A stretch of 61,827 nt of DNA, filler included, from Sanchytrium tribonematis (lineage: Eukaryota): the NCBI GenBank assembly GCA_018985235.1. It is 12 parts of 12 records of this genome, joined end to end, with 100 filler letters (N's around TTAATTAATTAA, not from the genome) between each part and the next. Parts side by side here need not be neighbours in the genome. Positions count along the whole stretch, not along the records: positions 44,160 to 47,640 come from JADGIG010000857.1; positions 47,741 to 51,198 come from JADGIG010000858.1; positions 51,299 to 54,754 come from JADGIG010000859.1; positions 54,855 to 58,291 come from JADGIG010000860.1; 8 more parts are not named here. One strand, given 5' to 3'. Below are positions 46,153-57,433 of the stretch, piece after piece (the stretch's first letter is position 1; every line of letters starts with the position of its first letter). The notes beneath the pieces are model-generated. The model worked only from the letters and a program-made list of their open reading frames with translations, had not been told where the DNA came from and ran no database searches. The translations under genes were made by a program, and so were the position numbers.

Positions 46153-46364
46153 CAGTAGTGGTGTCTTTTTAAATAAACTGTGTAGGTTAGTCAGCTCCAT
46201 TCTCAGCTTAGTGAATCCGTGAATCATTGTGACTCGCTTGGATCGTATTCTAGATATACATTCAGGCTCCAGTGTCTAATTTACCTGGTCTAGATTTTGC
46301 TGGAATATACAAGCTCATAATGGCTAAATTTAAATCTCACAATTACAAATATTTTTTGATACAA

Positions 46365-47339
46365 ATGGGTCGCAAATCATTAAAGTCTCAAAAAACTCCA
46401 GCAACTCCAATTAAGAAACATTCCATCATATATAGTCCACAAACACCATCCCCTAATACCCAACATTCTCCTATTCACTTTAAATTTCTCAACAATGATC
46501 CACCATCTCCATTTACAGACAATGAAATCGACAGTCCTTTAAAATCTCTTCCATTTGATTACTCTAAACCAACAGATATTAAAATTTCTTCTCCAGAAAA
46601 GAATGGTAACATTGATCATGTTATTATTAACCATCAACTCTTTGTGGTAAAATCTTGCTGTGTTTCTGAAATGAAATTATTTAAATCTTTAAATCATTTT
46701 ACAGATATTTCACAGCTAACAAACACAAATCACAATCTAATACCTACAATTAATCATTCTCAATACATATTAATGCCAAGCTGTTACCCACTCGATCAAT
46801 TATTGTTACTGTACGATTCCGAGATACCCAATGACTTGCTAATTCAATGGAGCAGAGAATTAATCAACGGTATACATTATTTACATTCCAACAAGATTAT
46901 ACATGCAGATATCAAACCGGAAAATTGTTTAATTTATGATCCAAATATACCAAAATCGCACAATTCCCAATTTAATCAAATTGATAATGAAGTCAAGCAT
47001 TTGAACAGGCTCTATATTTGTGACTTGTCAATATCTCAATCATATCCATTCACAAATACAGATTATGGAGATGCAAAATACTACGCGCCAGAAAGAATTG
47101 TGAAACTGGATTACAAATCAGACGTGTTCAGCTACGGTTTATGCGTTTATGAAATGATGGAATTAATAGATATACCTCAATTTGGAGATCAGTTATACTA
47201 TGAACTGAGGCACGATGTATTTAAATTTACTTGCGAGTTGGAAATATTGCAAAAGTTGGTCATTGGTTGTTGCAGGAGAGATGAAAATGAACGTATGAGT
47301 AGTCTGAATGCTCTGGAATTATTACAAAATGAGGAATAA
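46365..47339 (+). CDS. Wee1/Myt1-like protein kinase
   Basis: SP/TP-rich N-terminus, IHADIKPEN, GDAKYYAPE, SDVFSYG, IPQFGDQLYYELRH. Confidence 0.7.
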   Translation: MGRKSLKSQKTPATPIKKHSIIYSPQTPSPNTQHSPIHFKFLNNDPPSPFTDNEIDSPLKSLPFDYSKPTDIKISSPEKNGNIDHVIINHQLFVVKSCCVSEMKLFKSLNHFTDISQLTNTNHNLIPTINHSQYILMPSCYPLDQLLLLYDSEIPNDLLIQWSRELINGIHYLHSNKIIHADIKPENCLIYDPNIPKSHNSQFNQIDNEVKHLNRLYICDLSISQSYPFTNTDYGDAKYYAPERIVKLDYKSDVFSYGLCVYEMMELIDIPQFGDQLYYELRHDVFKFTCELEILQKLVIGCCRRDENERMSSLNALELLQNEE

Positions 47340-47360
47340 ATATATTTATTAATTAAAATA

Positions 47361-47640
47361 TTATACTCCATTTATACTATTGATGTATTCAGAATAATCC
47401 ACGTTATACTGATAATCATATTTGCTTCTTTCCTGTAGTCCTTCCAAAATAATATCTGATTTTTTATAATTCAAAAATTTAAACAAATTCCTCTCGTCTA
47501 TAATGACCAAAAGATTTCTATCTGGGTCTATCGAAAATACGTCAATAGGCTTACCTCGCATTGGCAATTCGATGCTGATCAATATTTGCGGTTTGTTGAC
47601 AGATTCTTTGATTTCATTGTGCTTGTGGATTAATTTAGGT
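47361..47640 (-). CDS. Gene fragment (5'-partial), unknown
   Basis: Open frame converging on the kinase. Confidence 0.4.
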
Positions 47641-47740
47641 NNNNNNNNNNNNNNNNNNNNNNNNNNNNNNNNNNNNNNNNNNNNTTAATTAATTAANNNN
47701 NNNNNNNNNNNNNNNNNNNNNNNNNNNNNNNNNNNNNNNN
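47641..47740. other. Artificial contig linker
   Basis: N44-TTAATTAATTAA-N44. Confidence 0.98.
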
Positions 47741-49438
47741 AAAAGTTGAATCAACCAGAGATATATGACCGGCACTATTTAATTTGAAGGGCGGGTTAAT
47801 TTCAATCTCTGATACTGAGATTTCTGTTTCGGCAATCTTGGAGCATTTCAACTTGTTCTGTATTATTTTTCTGAAATAATCTGAAATAGACGCTGTGCTC
47901 GCATCCACATTAATGACGTTTCCAGTGGAGCTGGTATTCAAGATTAAATCAATGGAAGTATTTTTAAGTGGGCAAACGTCGATTTTAATATTTAGCGTGA
48001 AAACTTCGTCACCAGACTTAATATTATGCTTCACTTTTGTATTAAAATATACAGTGGGTTTTAAATACTCGTTCACTTCCATAGGACCAAAAAGAAACAC
48101 TTCCGAATTTGTGTTTAATTTAGACTGAAGAATTTCTGCCTGTAATTCGCCTGCACATCCTATGCTCCATCCTTTTTCAAGATCCTCAATTTCAATACTA
48201 GGATCCTCTAGGCTAAGTATGGCAAGCAATTCTTTTCCTATTTTGGACACAGATCGGTTTTTTAATTCGGCTTTAAATTGATATACTGGAGGGGCAATGA
48301 ATAAAGTCTTGGAAAAAGCGCTACAAGGCTTTCCGGTCAGAATATCGCCAATTTGAACGTCTTTTAAACCAGAAATGATTCCTATTTCTCCATCTTCAAG
48401 TGAGTCAAATTCAGTAATGTGTCCTCCGAATGCCTTCTGAAGGCGGTGAATTGATACCCATTTCTTACTTCTATTGTTGTAAATTTGACTACTTTTACTA
48501 ATATTGCCACCGCTTATTTTAACATAATATTGAAATCCTCGCTGGGAGTCATGCATTATTTTAAACACTACAATCATTAGATCGTCACTATCTTTTGGTG
48601 ATGGTATCCAATATTTTATAGAATTCAATAAGGGCTTGATTCCGATATTTTTTTGAGCAGAGCCAAATAGTACTGGACAAACATTTTTTAAGCGAGTGTG
48701 CACAGCAATTTTAGAAGTAAGAAATTCTTCAGTTGGGAAAGCCTCATCTAGAATAAGCTCAACTGTTTCATCATCATGATTGCAAAGCTCTTCTATCATC
48801 ATTTCACGAAGAAATCTATTGGAGTTGTTAAGCAGCAGGGATTCAACGTGAGTAAATTTTGGTGGGTTAAGCTCTTTTAGGGGATCAATTATTTTGCCAA
48901 AATAAGGAGCCTGTACAAGTAGAGGATTTCCTAGTTTTTTGATAGATTCATACGCTGATCTCCAGTACATGCCTTCGTGATCCATTTTGTTGATAAAAAA
49001 CAGGCAAGGTAAATTATTTTTCTTGGCTCTGTTAAAAATCTTTTCTGTCTGAACTTGAACACCATGTACAGCATCAAGAACTACAACGCATGCATCTATT
49101 ACAAGAAATGCCATTTCGTTTTGAATTGAAAAATCGACATGGCCTGGAAGATCAATTAGATTTATAATAGTTGTTTCTCCGAAATCGTCTTTATACTCAA
49201 TTTGAGCAGTAGCACCATTGATAGTAATACCTCGCTGTTTCTCAACTGCCAAATAATCTAATACTGTGGTTTTATCATCTACATTTCCCGCTTTTGTTAT
49301 TTTGCCACAATGCTCAAGAAGCCGCTCTGATAAAGTAGTTTTACCGGCGTCGACATGTGCAACGATGCCTATATTTCGTATGTTGTTTTTGTCTAAATTC
49401 ACATAACTAGTATAAAGGTGTCTTTTCAACAATTTCAT
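47741..49438 (-). CDS. MEF2: Mitochondrial EF-G2 / ribosome-releasing factor 2 (3'-partial)
   Basis: RNIGIVAHVDAGKTT, GNVDDKTTVLDYL..EKQRGITI, DLPGHVDF, INKMD. Confidence 0.8.
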
Positions 49439-49471
49439 TTCAATACCCCAACGAATTTGAAAATAGGGCAA

Positions 49472-50720
49472 ATGCAAAACATCGCTTTATTGACATACAT
49501 TGCTCGCAGGATTTATATTACAAAGGTGCTTGTACGATTTTTTTAATTAAACACAGACGTGTCCTGTTTGGAGAATCAGACCTTCAATTGGTCATCCAAC
49601 AATTCTCAGGTTTGACGTCCAATCAAACCTTCACATCATGGAAATAAAAAGAATCAGAGCATTCGAGTCTTGTGAAATGACCAATTTAACTCAAGTCAAG
49701 CTAGGAACTTACTCAGTTTTGGGAACCACAAATGATTTTTGTATGTACATAAGTCAAGACGAACAAGAAGAATATTACAAGGTCGCTGACATGGAAGTCC
49801 TAATGGGTGTCAGAGATTTGGAAGGAAGTCTTGATGAATCAGACTTTCTACAATTTGATGAAGGACTTTTGATTAAGAGATCAATGTTGCAAGCTATGAC
49901 TGAAAATGTAGAGATGAAATCAAAAGATATTCTCAACTTTTCTTTGGAAGATTATAACAATGGCAATGCGCGATCTTATATGTGTGGACTTCAAAATGTC
50001 ACTCCTATTGATCCAACAATTGTTCGCACTTTTGCCATCCATGAATCAAGAAAAAGATCAAGTGACGAGGAAGAAATCATGAGGAAAAAAATGAAAATGG
50101 GCGGAAATTTGACAATTGATGTCAATAGCCCAATGGAGCCTAATTTACCATCCTTAACAAATATGCTAGGTACTGAAAGGCGTGGTTCGACTCACTCTTC
50201 AGAAGATCATAATAGCAGAAGAAGATCATTAGTGCAAGATGAGCTGCGTAATATTGCCCATTTGAAGCAGCAAATGTATAAAAAGCGTGGTCTGCCACCA
50301 TTTGGACTAAATACATCTTTGAAGCCCGAGTTATTGACTCCCTCAAAGTCATCTCCCGGAATGTCTTCCTCAATGTCAAACGGTACACCAGTGACAGGCT
50401 CTCCAAAACCAACAGTGAAGCAAATGTTTCTACCAATGTTCGACAAGCTCTGTGAATATATGGATGCTCAAACATCTAGGATCGATGTTGCTATGTCACA
50501 TGGAAGAAGTTCTGAAAAAGGCCTATTTGAAGTGCGGAAACAGTTTAAAGAATTTGCCGATAACATGAACAATAATTTTTTAGTCGAGTTGAAAAAAATT
50601 CTGGTTTCGGTAGACTCACGGTTGCGAAAACTAGAAAGAGCCTCTTTATTACAGACTCCTGCATCAGATGACATGAAATTTTTCGCGATGAGAAAAAACT
50701 CTGTGAGAGAGCAGCAATAA
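49472..50720 (+). CDS. Hypothetical protein with PKA-type sites; probable 20-codon first exon
   Basis: ORF 49638-50720 extends in frame to ATG 49472 via a GT-AG intron at 49532-49556; RRGS, RRRS and coiled-coil-like C-terminus. Confidence 0.65.
49532..49556 (+). other. Tentative 25-nt intron
   Basis: GTACGA...AAACACAG, phase 0, removes in-frame stop; no homology check available. Confidence 0.55.
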
Positions 50721-50729
50721 AATATATAT

Positions 50730-51198
50730 TTATTTTCGTGTTGAGAAGTAGTGTCTCTCATTGAAAATAATCGTGGATTTAGAGTGGCTTGTATTGACTT
50801 GAGAATCCAATCGAGGAAAGGATTGCATGCTCTTGTCCTTAAAATTATATCTATCATTAGTCTGAGCCTTGGTTGTTATTTTTTTACAGTTGGAAAGATA
50901 ATTTCCAATTTCCACAAAATAAGCCTGATTTAGACAACTAATATTGATATTCTGATTCAAATGTTTTTTTTCATTCGGTCTCAATTGATCCACTGTCTCC
51001 AACTTGAGCAAATATTTGAGAAAAGGATCGTAAATTTTGCAAAATGCGTCACCCTGTGGAATACAATTAAATTGAAATACCAATCTGGATGATAAGGATA
51101 ATTGATTTAGCCCAAAAAACTCAGTAACACCAACACTAGGTACCAAATACAAAAAGCAACAGCCGCTCATTTGTACAATGCTTTTGAATATGCATGAA
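50730..51198 (-). CDS. Hypothetical protein (possibly 5'-partial)
   Basis: 146-aa ORF ending in the genome-typical AAA-TAA-A. Confidence 0.45.
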
Positions 51199-51298
51199 NN
51201 NNNNNNNNNNNNNNNNNNNNNNNNNNNNNNNNNNNNNNNNNNTTAATTAATTAANNNNNNNNNNNNNNNNNNNNNNNNNNNNNNNNNNNNNNNNNNNN
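51199..51298. other. Artificial contig linker
   Basis: N44-TTAATTAATTAA-N44. Confidence 0.98.
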
Positions 51299-51531
51299 TT
51301 AATACATTTGACTACATATTGTTGCCTACAACTTTGATGAAGGCCCCTGCAATCAATGAAGCTTTGAATTTCTCTTCCAAGAATTACGCTACCGATAATT
51401 TTACAGTCCCGACATCTCTATCGGGTCTACCAACATTAGCTATACCTACAAAAAATGTATCTGTGCAATGTGTTGGACCGTATCTGAAAGATTATCAATT
51501 GCTCCACGATTTTAAATTTGACGCACAATAA
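51299..51531 (+). CDS. Glu-tRNA(Gln) amidotransferase subunit A, C-terminal fragment
   Basis: FDYILLPTT...DNFTVPTSLSGLPTLAIP...VQCVG amidase C-terminus. Confidence 0.7.
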
Positions 51532-51563
51532 ATTTCTCCTTCATATTGGCTGATTTTTAACAG

Positions 51564-52751
51564 ATGGACCAACTCAGAAAACGTCAAATTCGGTCTCAAT
51601 TCGAGGAAATTGGAGAAACAACTGAAAGTGAAGCTGAAGAGGAAAAATTTGTAGTCACGAAAGAAAAAAACTGGGCAAATTGGTGGGTTCGAACTTACCT
51701 TAGTTTGATCATGAGTGGAGCATTTATTGTGATTGTTCTTAGCGGTCCGTTGTACATTATAGCATTGGTCAGTGTATTACAACTGGTAGTTTTCAAAGAA
51801 GTGATTAGTATTGCGCATGTGCCCTCGAAAGAAAAGAAACTTCCCTGGTTTAGAATCTTAAACTGGTATTTTTTGTTGGCTCTTAACTTTTATTTGTATG
51901 GTGACTCTATAAACGAATATTTTGGCCCTCTAGAAATACTCAAACACCATTTATTTGTATCGTACATGTTCTATATTTTTGGAATTGTACTTTTTGTTCT
52001 AAGTCTCAGAAAAGGCCACTATAAATTTCAATTTGCACAATTTGCCTGGACTCACATGGTTCTTATGACAGTTACATTACAAATACATTTGACAATGCAA
52101 AATATTTTAGATGGTTTAATTTGGTTCTTTTTACCTAGTTCATTGGTAATTATCAACGACGTATCGGCATATATTTTTGGGTTCTTTTTTGGAAAAACGC
52201 GCCTTATAAGACTCAGCCCAAAAAAGACTTGGGAAGGATTTATCGGTGGAGCAATTATGACGCTAATATTGGGATTTATCCTAGCAAGTTTGTTTGCCAG
52301 TTTTGATTATTTTGTATGCCCGATCAAAGACATTCATACCAATGTTTTCAACTACCCAAATTGTAGTAGAAATCCTGTTTTTGAGTATGCAGAATACAAA
52401 ATACCTTTTTTAAAGGTAAAGGTGGCAATAGCACCTATCCAGTTTCACTCACTCGTATTGGTCGTTTTTGCAAGTACCATTGCGCCTTTCGGTGGGTTTT
52501 TTGCCTCTGGGGTCAAAAGGGCCTTTAAAATTAAGGACTTTGCCGACTTTATTCCAGGACATGGAGGCGTAACTGATAGATTGGATTGTCAGTTTGCTAT
52601 GGGAGTTTTTTGTAACCTATATTTCCGCTCATTTATAAGGACCCGCCATATAAATGCGGACCAAATTTACCGTATAGCCATGAGTCAAATGGATCCATCG
52701 GAAATACCGGATTTAATTGAGTTACTCAAGGAAAAAGTAAAAAATAAATAG
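51564..52751 (+). CDS. CDS1: Phosphatidate cytidylyltransferase (CDP-DAG synthase)
   Basis: LSPKKTWEGFIGG, FASGVKRAFKIKDF, IPGHGGVTDRLDCQ. Confidence 0.96.
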   Translation: MDQLRKRQIRSQFEEIGETTESEAEEEKFVVTKEKNWANWWVRTYLSLIMSGAFIVIVLSGPLYIIALVSVLQLVVFKEVISIAHVPSKEKKLPWFRILNWYFLLALNFYLYGDSINEYFGPLEILKHHLFVSYMFYIFGIVLFVLSLRKGHYKFQFAQFAWTHMVLMTVTLQIHLTMQNILDGLIWFFLPSSLVIINDVSAYIFGFFFGKTRLIRLSPKKTWEGFIGGAIMTLILGFILASLFASFDYFVCPIKDIHTNVFNYPNCSRNPVFEYAEYKIPFLKVKVAIAPIQFHSLVLVVFASTIAPFGGFFASGVKRAFKIKDFADFIPGHGGVTDRLDCQFAMGVFCNLYFRSFIRTRHINADQIYRIAMSQMDPSEIPDLIELLKEKVKNK

Positions 52752-52752
52752 T

Positions 52753-54754
52753 TTACTGAAGTATTTTTATAATTTGCTTTCGAATAAATTTCTCAGATGG
52801 CTGCTGTGTTGCTGCTGTGGTAGATTGAATAAGTGCGTTTAGTTGTGATTCGGTTGCATTTGGAAGATTAATACTTGACAAGCATTTTAAGAAAAAAGAA
52901 GGATCTTTGATGTCTATAAAATATTTCAATAAAATTGCCAAAATAGAAATGATATTAGAATTTTCATTCTTTTGTGATGAATAGTTCATAAATAATTTCC
53001 GAAGCATATCCGTAAGCAATCTTCCGTTCACTGACAAATCTCCAAAAAGCACCGAAATGTTTTCTTTGATTATACCTAAATAACGCTGCATCGATGCCTC
53101 GTGTGGTATCTCTAATAGTGAAAAAGAAGAACTCAGTAAAATGAACCGCTCGTCTCCAAAAGACTCAGAACTCATCATAGTAATTGCATTTTCGACCACT
53201 GTCACAAATGATTTAATTAATTTGTATAAGTAGTGGTTTTTGACGATTTCTTGAAAATCTGCTTCGTCTTTAAAGTCACTAGTTATTTTGCGATATTCTT
53301 CCAAAATAATTGGTGTGATATAAGTTAAGAAAGGCTTAAGAACAAAACTTAGAAGAACTTTGTGCTGGCTAGCTTTTGAATTGCCTAAACAAGGTATTAT
53401 CATGTTAGAGATGATTAAATTCCAATATTTCAAATGCAATCCAATGACGTCTTCAGTAAACACATAGCTTGTCAAAATTGAGATAGCATTTTCGTTTTCA
53501 TAAAACAAGGGCCATCCCAAAGCAAGCCCAAGCAAGTCATAGCACTGAGTGGCAAGTAGATTAATCTGAATATTTACAGGTATGTCTTGAATGTTGTGAG
53601 TTCTAAGTATTTGATTGTAATCGATACTAGACGGTCCAATAAAAGAGTTGCTTTTCATTATAATGTGAAGAGATTTCAATCCAACACAAATATACTCTAA
53701 AAAAGAATTATAAAGCTGTCTTATATTAGGCGGTATTTCAATAATGGACGACTTTAACGGATCGAGAAGAACATTCCTCAATCGTAAAAATTGTTCAGCC
53801 AAAACTAAAAAATCGATTAAGTCTTGACTGTTGGGATAAATATTTTCAAAATCAGTTGAGGAATTCAAAACAGTCAATTTAGGCTTAAAGTTCGGTATAG
53901 GAACAGCCTGTAGTAGTGCAAATAAATCATTGTCTTGTGCATGGCTCAACAAAGGAATGCAACAGATGGAAAACTTCATAGCAATTGGGACCGCAGAGTT
54001 CATGATAACAGATGGTGCAATTTGAGAGTAGACATTGAAAAGTACTTTTGAATGATACATGCAAACTGTTTGCGCAATAGATGCCGAATTTTTTAGATCC
54101 AAATGATTCAAACAAAGCTCGAGTAATCTGATACTACAAGCCGGGAGCTTCTTTGCCAGCAGTTGAACTACTTTTGTAAAGGAGTCTGATGAATCAAAAT
54201 TTTGCATCAGCATCATTAGAATTTGTTCCATCTTTTTCTCGTTTTCAGATGTTGCTGGAACAGAACGTATAATTCCAATAAGAACTTGACAGCTTTTTTC
54301 CATTCCCCATTCAGAGCCATTTTGTATGATTAAATCCATTGTCTGAATCGGTTTGTCTTTTCCCAAAACGGAGAGAATTGATTGTACCTTGGCCAAAGCC
54401 TGCTGGATATATATCTTGTCTTCATCTTGCTGGATCTGAATTAATGGCTTGACATGTACACAACAATTAATAACAGGACCTATCTCTACGCTGAATTTGC
54501 AGGTGTAATCGAAAATGTACAAAGAATACAAACAAACTGGAAATTTTTGTCCACTGAATTTCAGCCCAACTTGATGGAAAGCATTGACAATACCATTGTT
54601 TGGAGTTGAATTTGTATTTGCTTTTTTAAACAAATCTAGAAATTTAATATAGAATTCTCCAGTTATTTCCAAAAAACAATATTGTTGCAATATTTGATGC
54701 AACTCAGAGTTTAATAAAATTGGGGATAAAATTGAAGGTTTTATGCTGACCGAG
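52753..54754 (-). CDS. HEAT-repeat karyopherin, Exportin-5/Msn5-like (5'-partial)
   Basis: Leu-rich helical ORF of about 650 aa; resemblance to the exportin-5 C-half is by eye only. Confidence 0.5.
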
Positions 54755-54854
54755 NNNNNNNNNNNNNNNNNNNNNNNNNNNNNNNNNNNNNNNNNNNNTT
54801 AATTAATTAANNNNNNNNNNNNNNNNNNNNNNNNNNNNNNNNNNNNNNNNNNNN
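54755..54854. other. Artificial contig linker
   Basis: N44-TTAATTAATTAA-N44. Confidence 0.98.
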
Positions 54855-55137
54855 CTGCGAATTTATTTTAATGGAAAAGATTCTTACTTTAAATGTTAAT
54901 CAATTAGAATCTATCCAGATAATTGGAACAAGTTATTCCAGTATACGAGACAAGCGATTTTATTCGGATTTAAGAGGCTTCGCTCCGAACTGGACAAGGC
55001 TCTCCAACACGATTGAAGATAACAGAGAAGCACTTCCATATAAATTGATAGAAAGGCCTATCATAGCAGAAGATTGGATTGATCCTCATGCATTCAATGA
55101 TATGAGTCTAATTATTTTTGAGAAAGTAAATTTTTAA
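54855..55137 (+). CDS. Gene fragment (5'-partial), unknown
   Basis: Open frame near the contig edge converging on zeta-COP. Confidence 0.4.
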
Positions 55138-55168
55138 CTTTGAAAAATTATATATTATTTTATATTTA

Positions 55169-55690
55169 TTATTTTAACAAATACTTTTCAAAAAACGATT
55201 CTTTCGCTCTATTAAAAGCCTGGGATATACTTTGTTCGCCTGTTCGTATTTCTGTCAACTCGGAAACAGCTTGGGATGGTCTCTTTGAAACTCTAGCAGC
55301 TACGGTTTGCGCATCGGTTTCCATTATAATCCCATCGAATATCATTTCATTAATTGCAATAGCGATAAAATCGAAATATTCAGAAATTGAAACTTGATCC
55401 AGTTGATGTTTTCCCAATGCGAGGGACATCGCTTCTATCAAATTTGTAAGCACCTCATATAACTGCAATTCATTTTGATCGTTATCGTAAGAAACTAAGC
55501 AAACCACTATATCATTGACTTGTTTGTAAATGATCAATTTTTGATCTAATAAAATTAATTCTCCAGTCAAGTTTGTCTTAATCTTATTAAATATATCCAC
55601 AGGAATATCTGGTGTATATTTCTTAGCAAATAAGGCCTGTCCGTTCACATTATACGCTAAAATTGCACCAACTGATTGCAAGCCAACCAT
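55169..55690 (-). CDS. RET3: Coatomer subunit zeta
   Basis: Longin-fold pattern DQNELQLYEVL, INEMIFDGIIMETD, RVSKRP, EQSISQAF..AKE. Confidence 0.88.
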   Translation of the reverse strand: MVGLQSVGAILAYNVNGQALFAKKYTPDIPVDIFNKIKTNLTGELILLDQKLIIYKQVNDIVVCLVSYDNDQNELQLYEVLTNLIEAMSLALGKHQLDQVSISEYFDFIAIAINEMIFDGIIMETDAQTVAARVSKRPSQAVSELTEIRTGEQSISQAFNRAKESFFEKYLLK

Positions 55691-55727
55691 TTACAAAACA
55701 AGGAGCTTATTGTTATATCAATAAATT

Positions 55728-56405
55728 TTATTTTCTTCCCAAGAATTGACGACCAATTGAATTTTTCTGATTATTGTTGTATTTGTCAGCCAAAGGATTG
55801 AACACTGTGATTTTTTTTATAAAAAGAGAAAAATCACCGGGAGATTTCATTAAGGAAAGACCAATTGTTTGTAAATTTTTACCATCCATAGGTGATTGAC
55901 GTTGCAGTATGTATCCTTTGTGAGTAAAAATGAGATCCTTGACTGGCACTTGAATTGTTTGAAATCCTGGGACCTTTGGGATAACTAATTTCTTTTGATA
56001 TAAGTGATGGTCAGTCAGCGAGTCAGCTCTCAGATTTAAAAAATATTGGTGGTCGTCCTCAACCTTTAGTTCCAATTCTATAATGCTAAAGTTTGAAATA
56101 TCGAAGCCAATCCTTCCAAAAGCCGAAAATTTTGGCATTTTTGATCTCAAGATAGCATATCCATTGGGTTGTAATTTGCCATAGAAATGAGCGCAGTTGT
56201 CTTTGAACTCAATATTGCAAGTTGACTTTCCTTTGTTATCGGCATCAGAACCTAATTTAAATTCGTCTATCGTTTTCTTCTTTGAAAAATCATATAATGT
56301 CATTCTTTTTTGAAAAGTGTGAGTCGTTGAGGGGTGCAAGGCTTTATCTATTTGAGATTTAGCATGTTTGACTGATAGTTTAATAAATTCTTGAATGGCA
56401 CTCAT
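55728..56405 (-). CDS. CIA30: Complex I assembly factor CIA30/NDUFAF1
   Basis: LYDF....GSDADNKGKS, FYGKL..GYA..RS, PGDFSLFIKKI. Confidence 0.82.
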   Translation of the reverse strand: MSAIQEFIKLSVKHAKSQIDKALHPSTTHTFQKRMTLYDFSKKKTIDEFKLGSDADNKGKSTCNIEFKDNCAHFYGKLQPNGYAILRSKMPKFSAFGRIGFDISNFSIIELELKVEDDHQYFLNLRADSLTDHHLYQKKLVIPKVPGFQTIQVPVKDLIFTHKGYILQRQSPMDGKNLQTIGLSLMKSPGDFSLFIKKITVFNPLADKYNNNQKNSIGRQFLGRK

Positions 56406-56602
56406 CTAAAATATGTTCGTTATAAAATTTCCCCGTTGAATCTATAGCAAAACCAGTTTGAATTTAGATTTAAGGTTTTGCATACAAGAACCATTTAATA
56501 GCTATCATTGTACTCTTTATTAATATATCTGAAAAGATGATTGGCGAATCAAATAGATGAAATTCCCATTGTGACTCCGTGTTTGTCACATCGCAAATTC
56601 AA

Positions 56603-57421
56603 ATGAGCAAATTATTTTTAGGTCGATTGCCTGATGATGTAATGGAAGAAGATATCAGAGATCTCTTTGGAAAATATGGTGAAATAACCCAAATTACCTT
56701 AAAGCGAAATTATGGCTTTTTGAATTATGCTGATGACAAAAGTGGCGAGGAAGCTATCAAAAGTTTAGATGGCTATACTCTTGGAAACGATCGCATTTCT
56801 GTTGAAGCTGCAAGAGGTGAAAGGGACCGTGATAGCAGAGAATGTTTTAAATGTCACAAAATAGGACATATGGCTAGATTCTGTCCAGAGAATGATTTTG
56901 CTGACAGAAGAGGAGGATATCGGGATGACCGAAGAGGCGGTTATGATGACAGACGTGGATACGATGATCGACGAGGCGGTTATGATGATCGAAGGGGTGG
57001 ATATGATCGAGACGATAGAAGAGGTGGATACGATCGCGATGACCGTCGTGGAGGGTATGTAGATGAGAGACGTGGTGGTTATAGAGAAGAGAGACGCGGA
57101 GGTTATGAAAGAAGACCGATGACTTGTTATAATTGCCAGCAAGAAGGTCACAAAGCATATGAATGCACGGAACCAAGAAGAGATCGAGCAAGAAGTCGTA
57201 GCCCAATGCCACGCGATGATTACCGATCCGGTGATCGTGGATATGGACGTAGGGATGACCGTGGCCCCCCTCGAGATAATTATCGCCGAGAAGAAAGGGG
57301 ACGACCTGAGAGACGCGAAGAGCCCCAAGAGCCTCCGAGACAAAGAACTCCTTCACCTACTTGGGATAAACCTGCGAACTTGGATCGTGTTGACTCAAAA
57401 GATGAGGTTACTGCTCAATAA
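56603..57421 (+). CDS. SR-like RNA-binding protein: RRM, two CCHC knuckles and RGG/RS region
   Basis: KLFLGRLP and RNYGFL RNP motifs; CFKCHKIGHMARFC; CYNCQQEGHKAYEC; RSRSP. Confidence 0.88.
   Translation: MSKLFLGRLPDDVMEEDIRDLFGKYGEITQITLKRNYGFLNYADDKSGEEAIKSLDGYTLGNDRISVEAARGERDRDSRECFKCHKIGHMARFCPENDFADRRGGYRDDRRGGYDDRRGYDDRRGGYDDRRGGYDRDDRRGGYDRDDRRGGYVDERRGGYREERRGGYERRPMTCYNCQQEGHKAYECTEPRRDRARSRSPMPRDDYRSGDRGYGRRDDRGPPRDNYRREERGRPERREEPQEPPRQRTPSPTWDKPANLDRVDSKDEVTAQ
56903..57110 (+). repeat. Coding tandem repeats (D/E)RRGGY
   Basis: About nine imperfect DDRRGGY units within the SR-like gene. Confidence 0.85.
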
Positions 57422-57433
57422 ATGAATTATTTA

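Noticed and set aside
56765..57425. Overlapping ORFs on both strands over the SR-like gene, and a possible CRISPR-like repeat
   Set aside because: By-products of the DDRRGGY coding repeat; the repeats vary at synonymous positions and have no spacers
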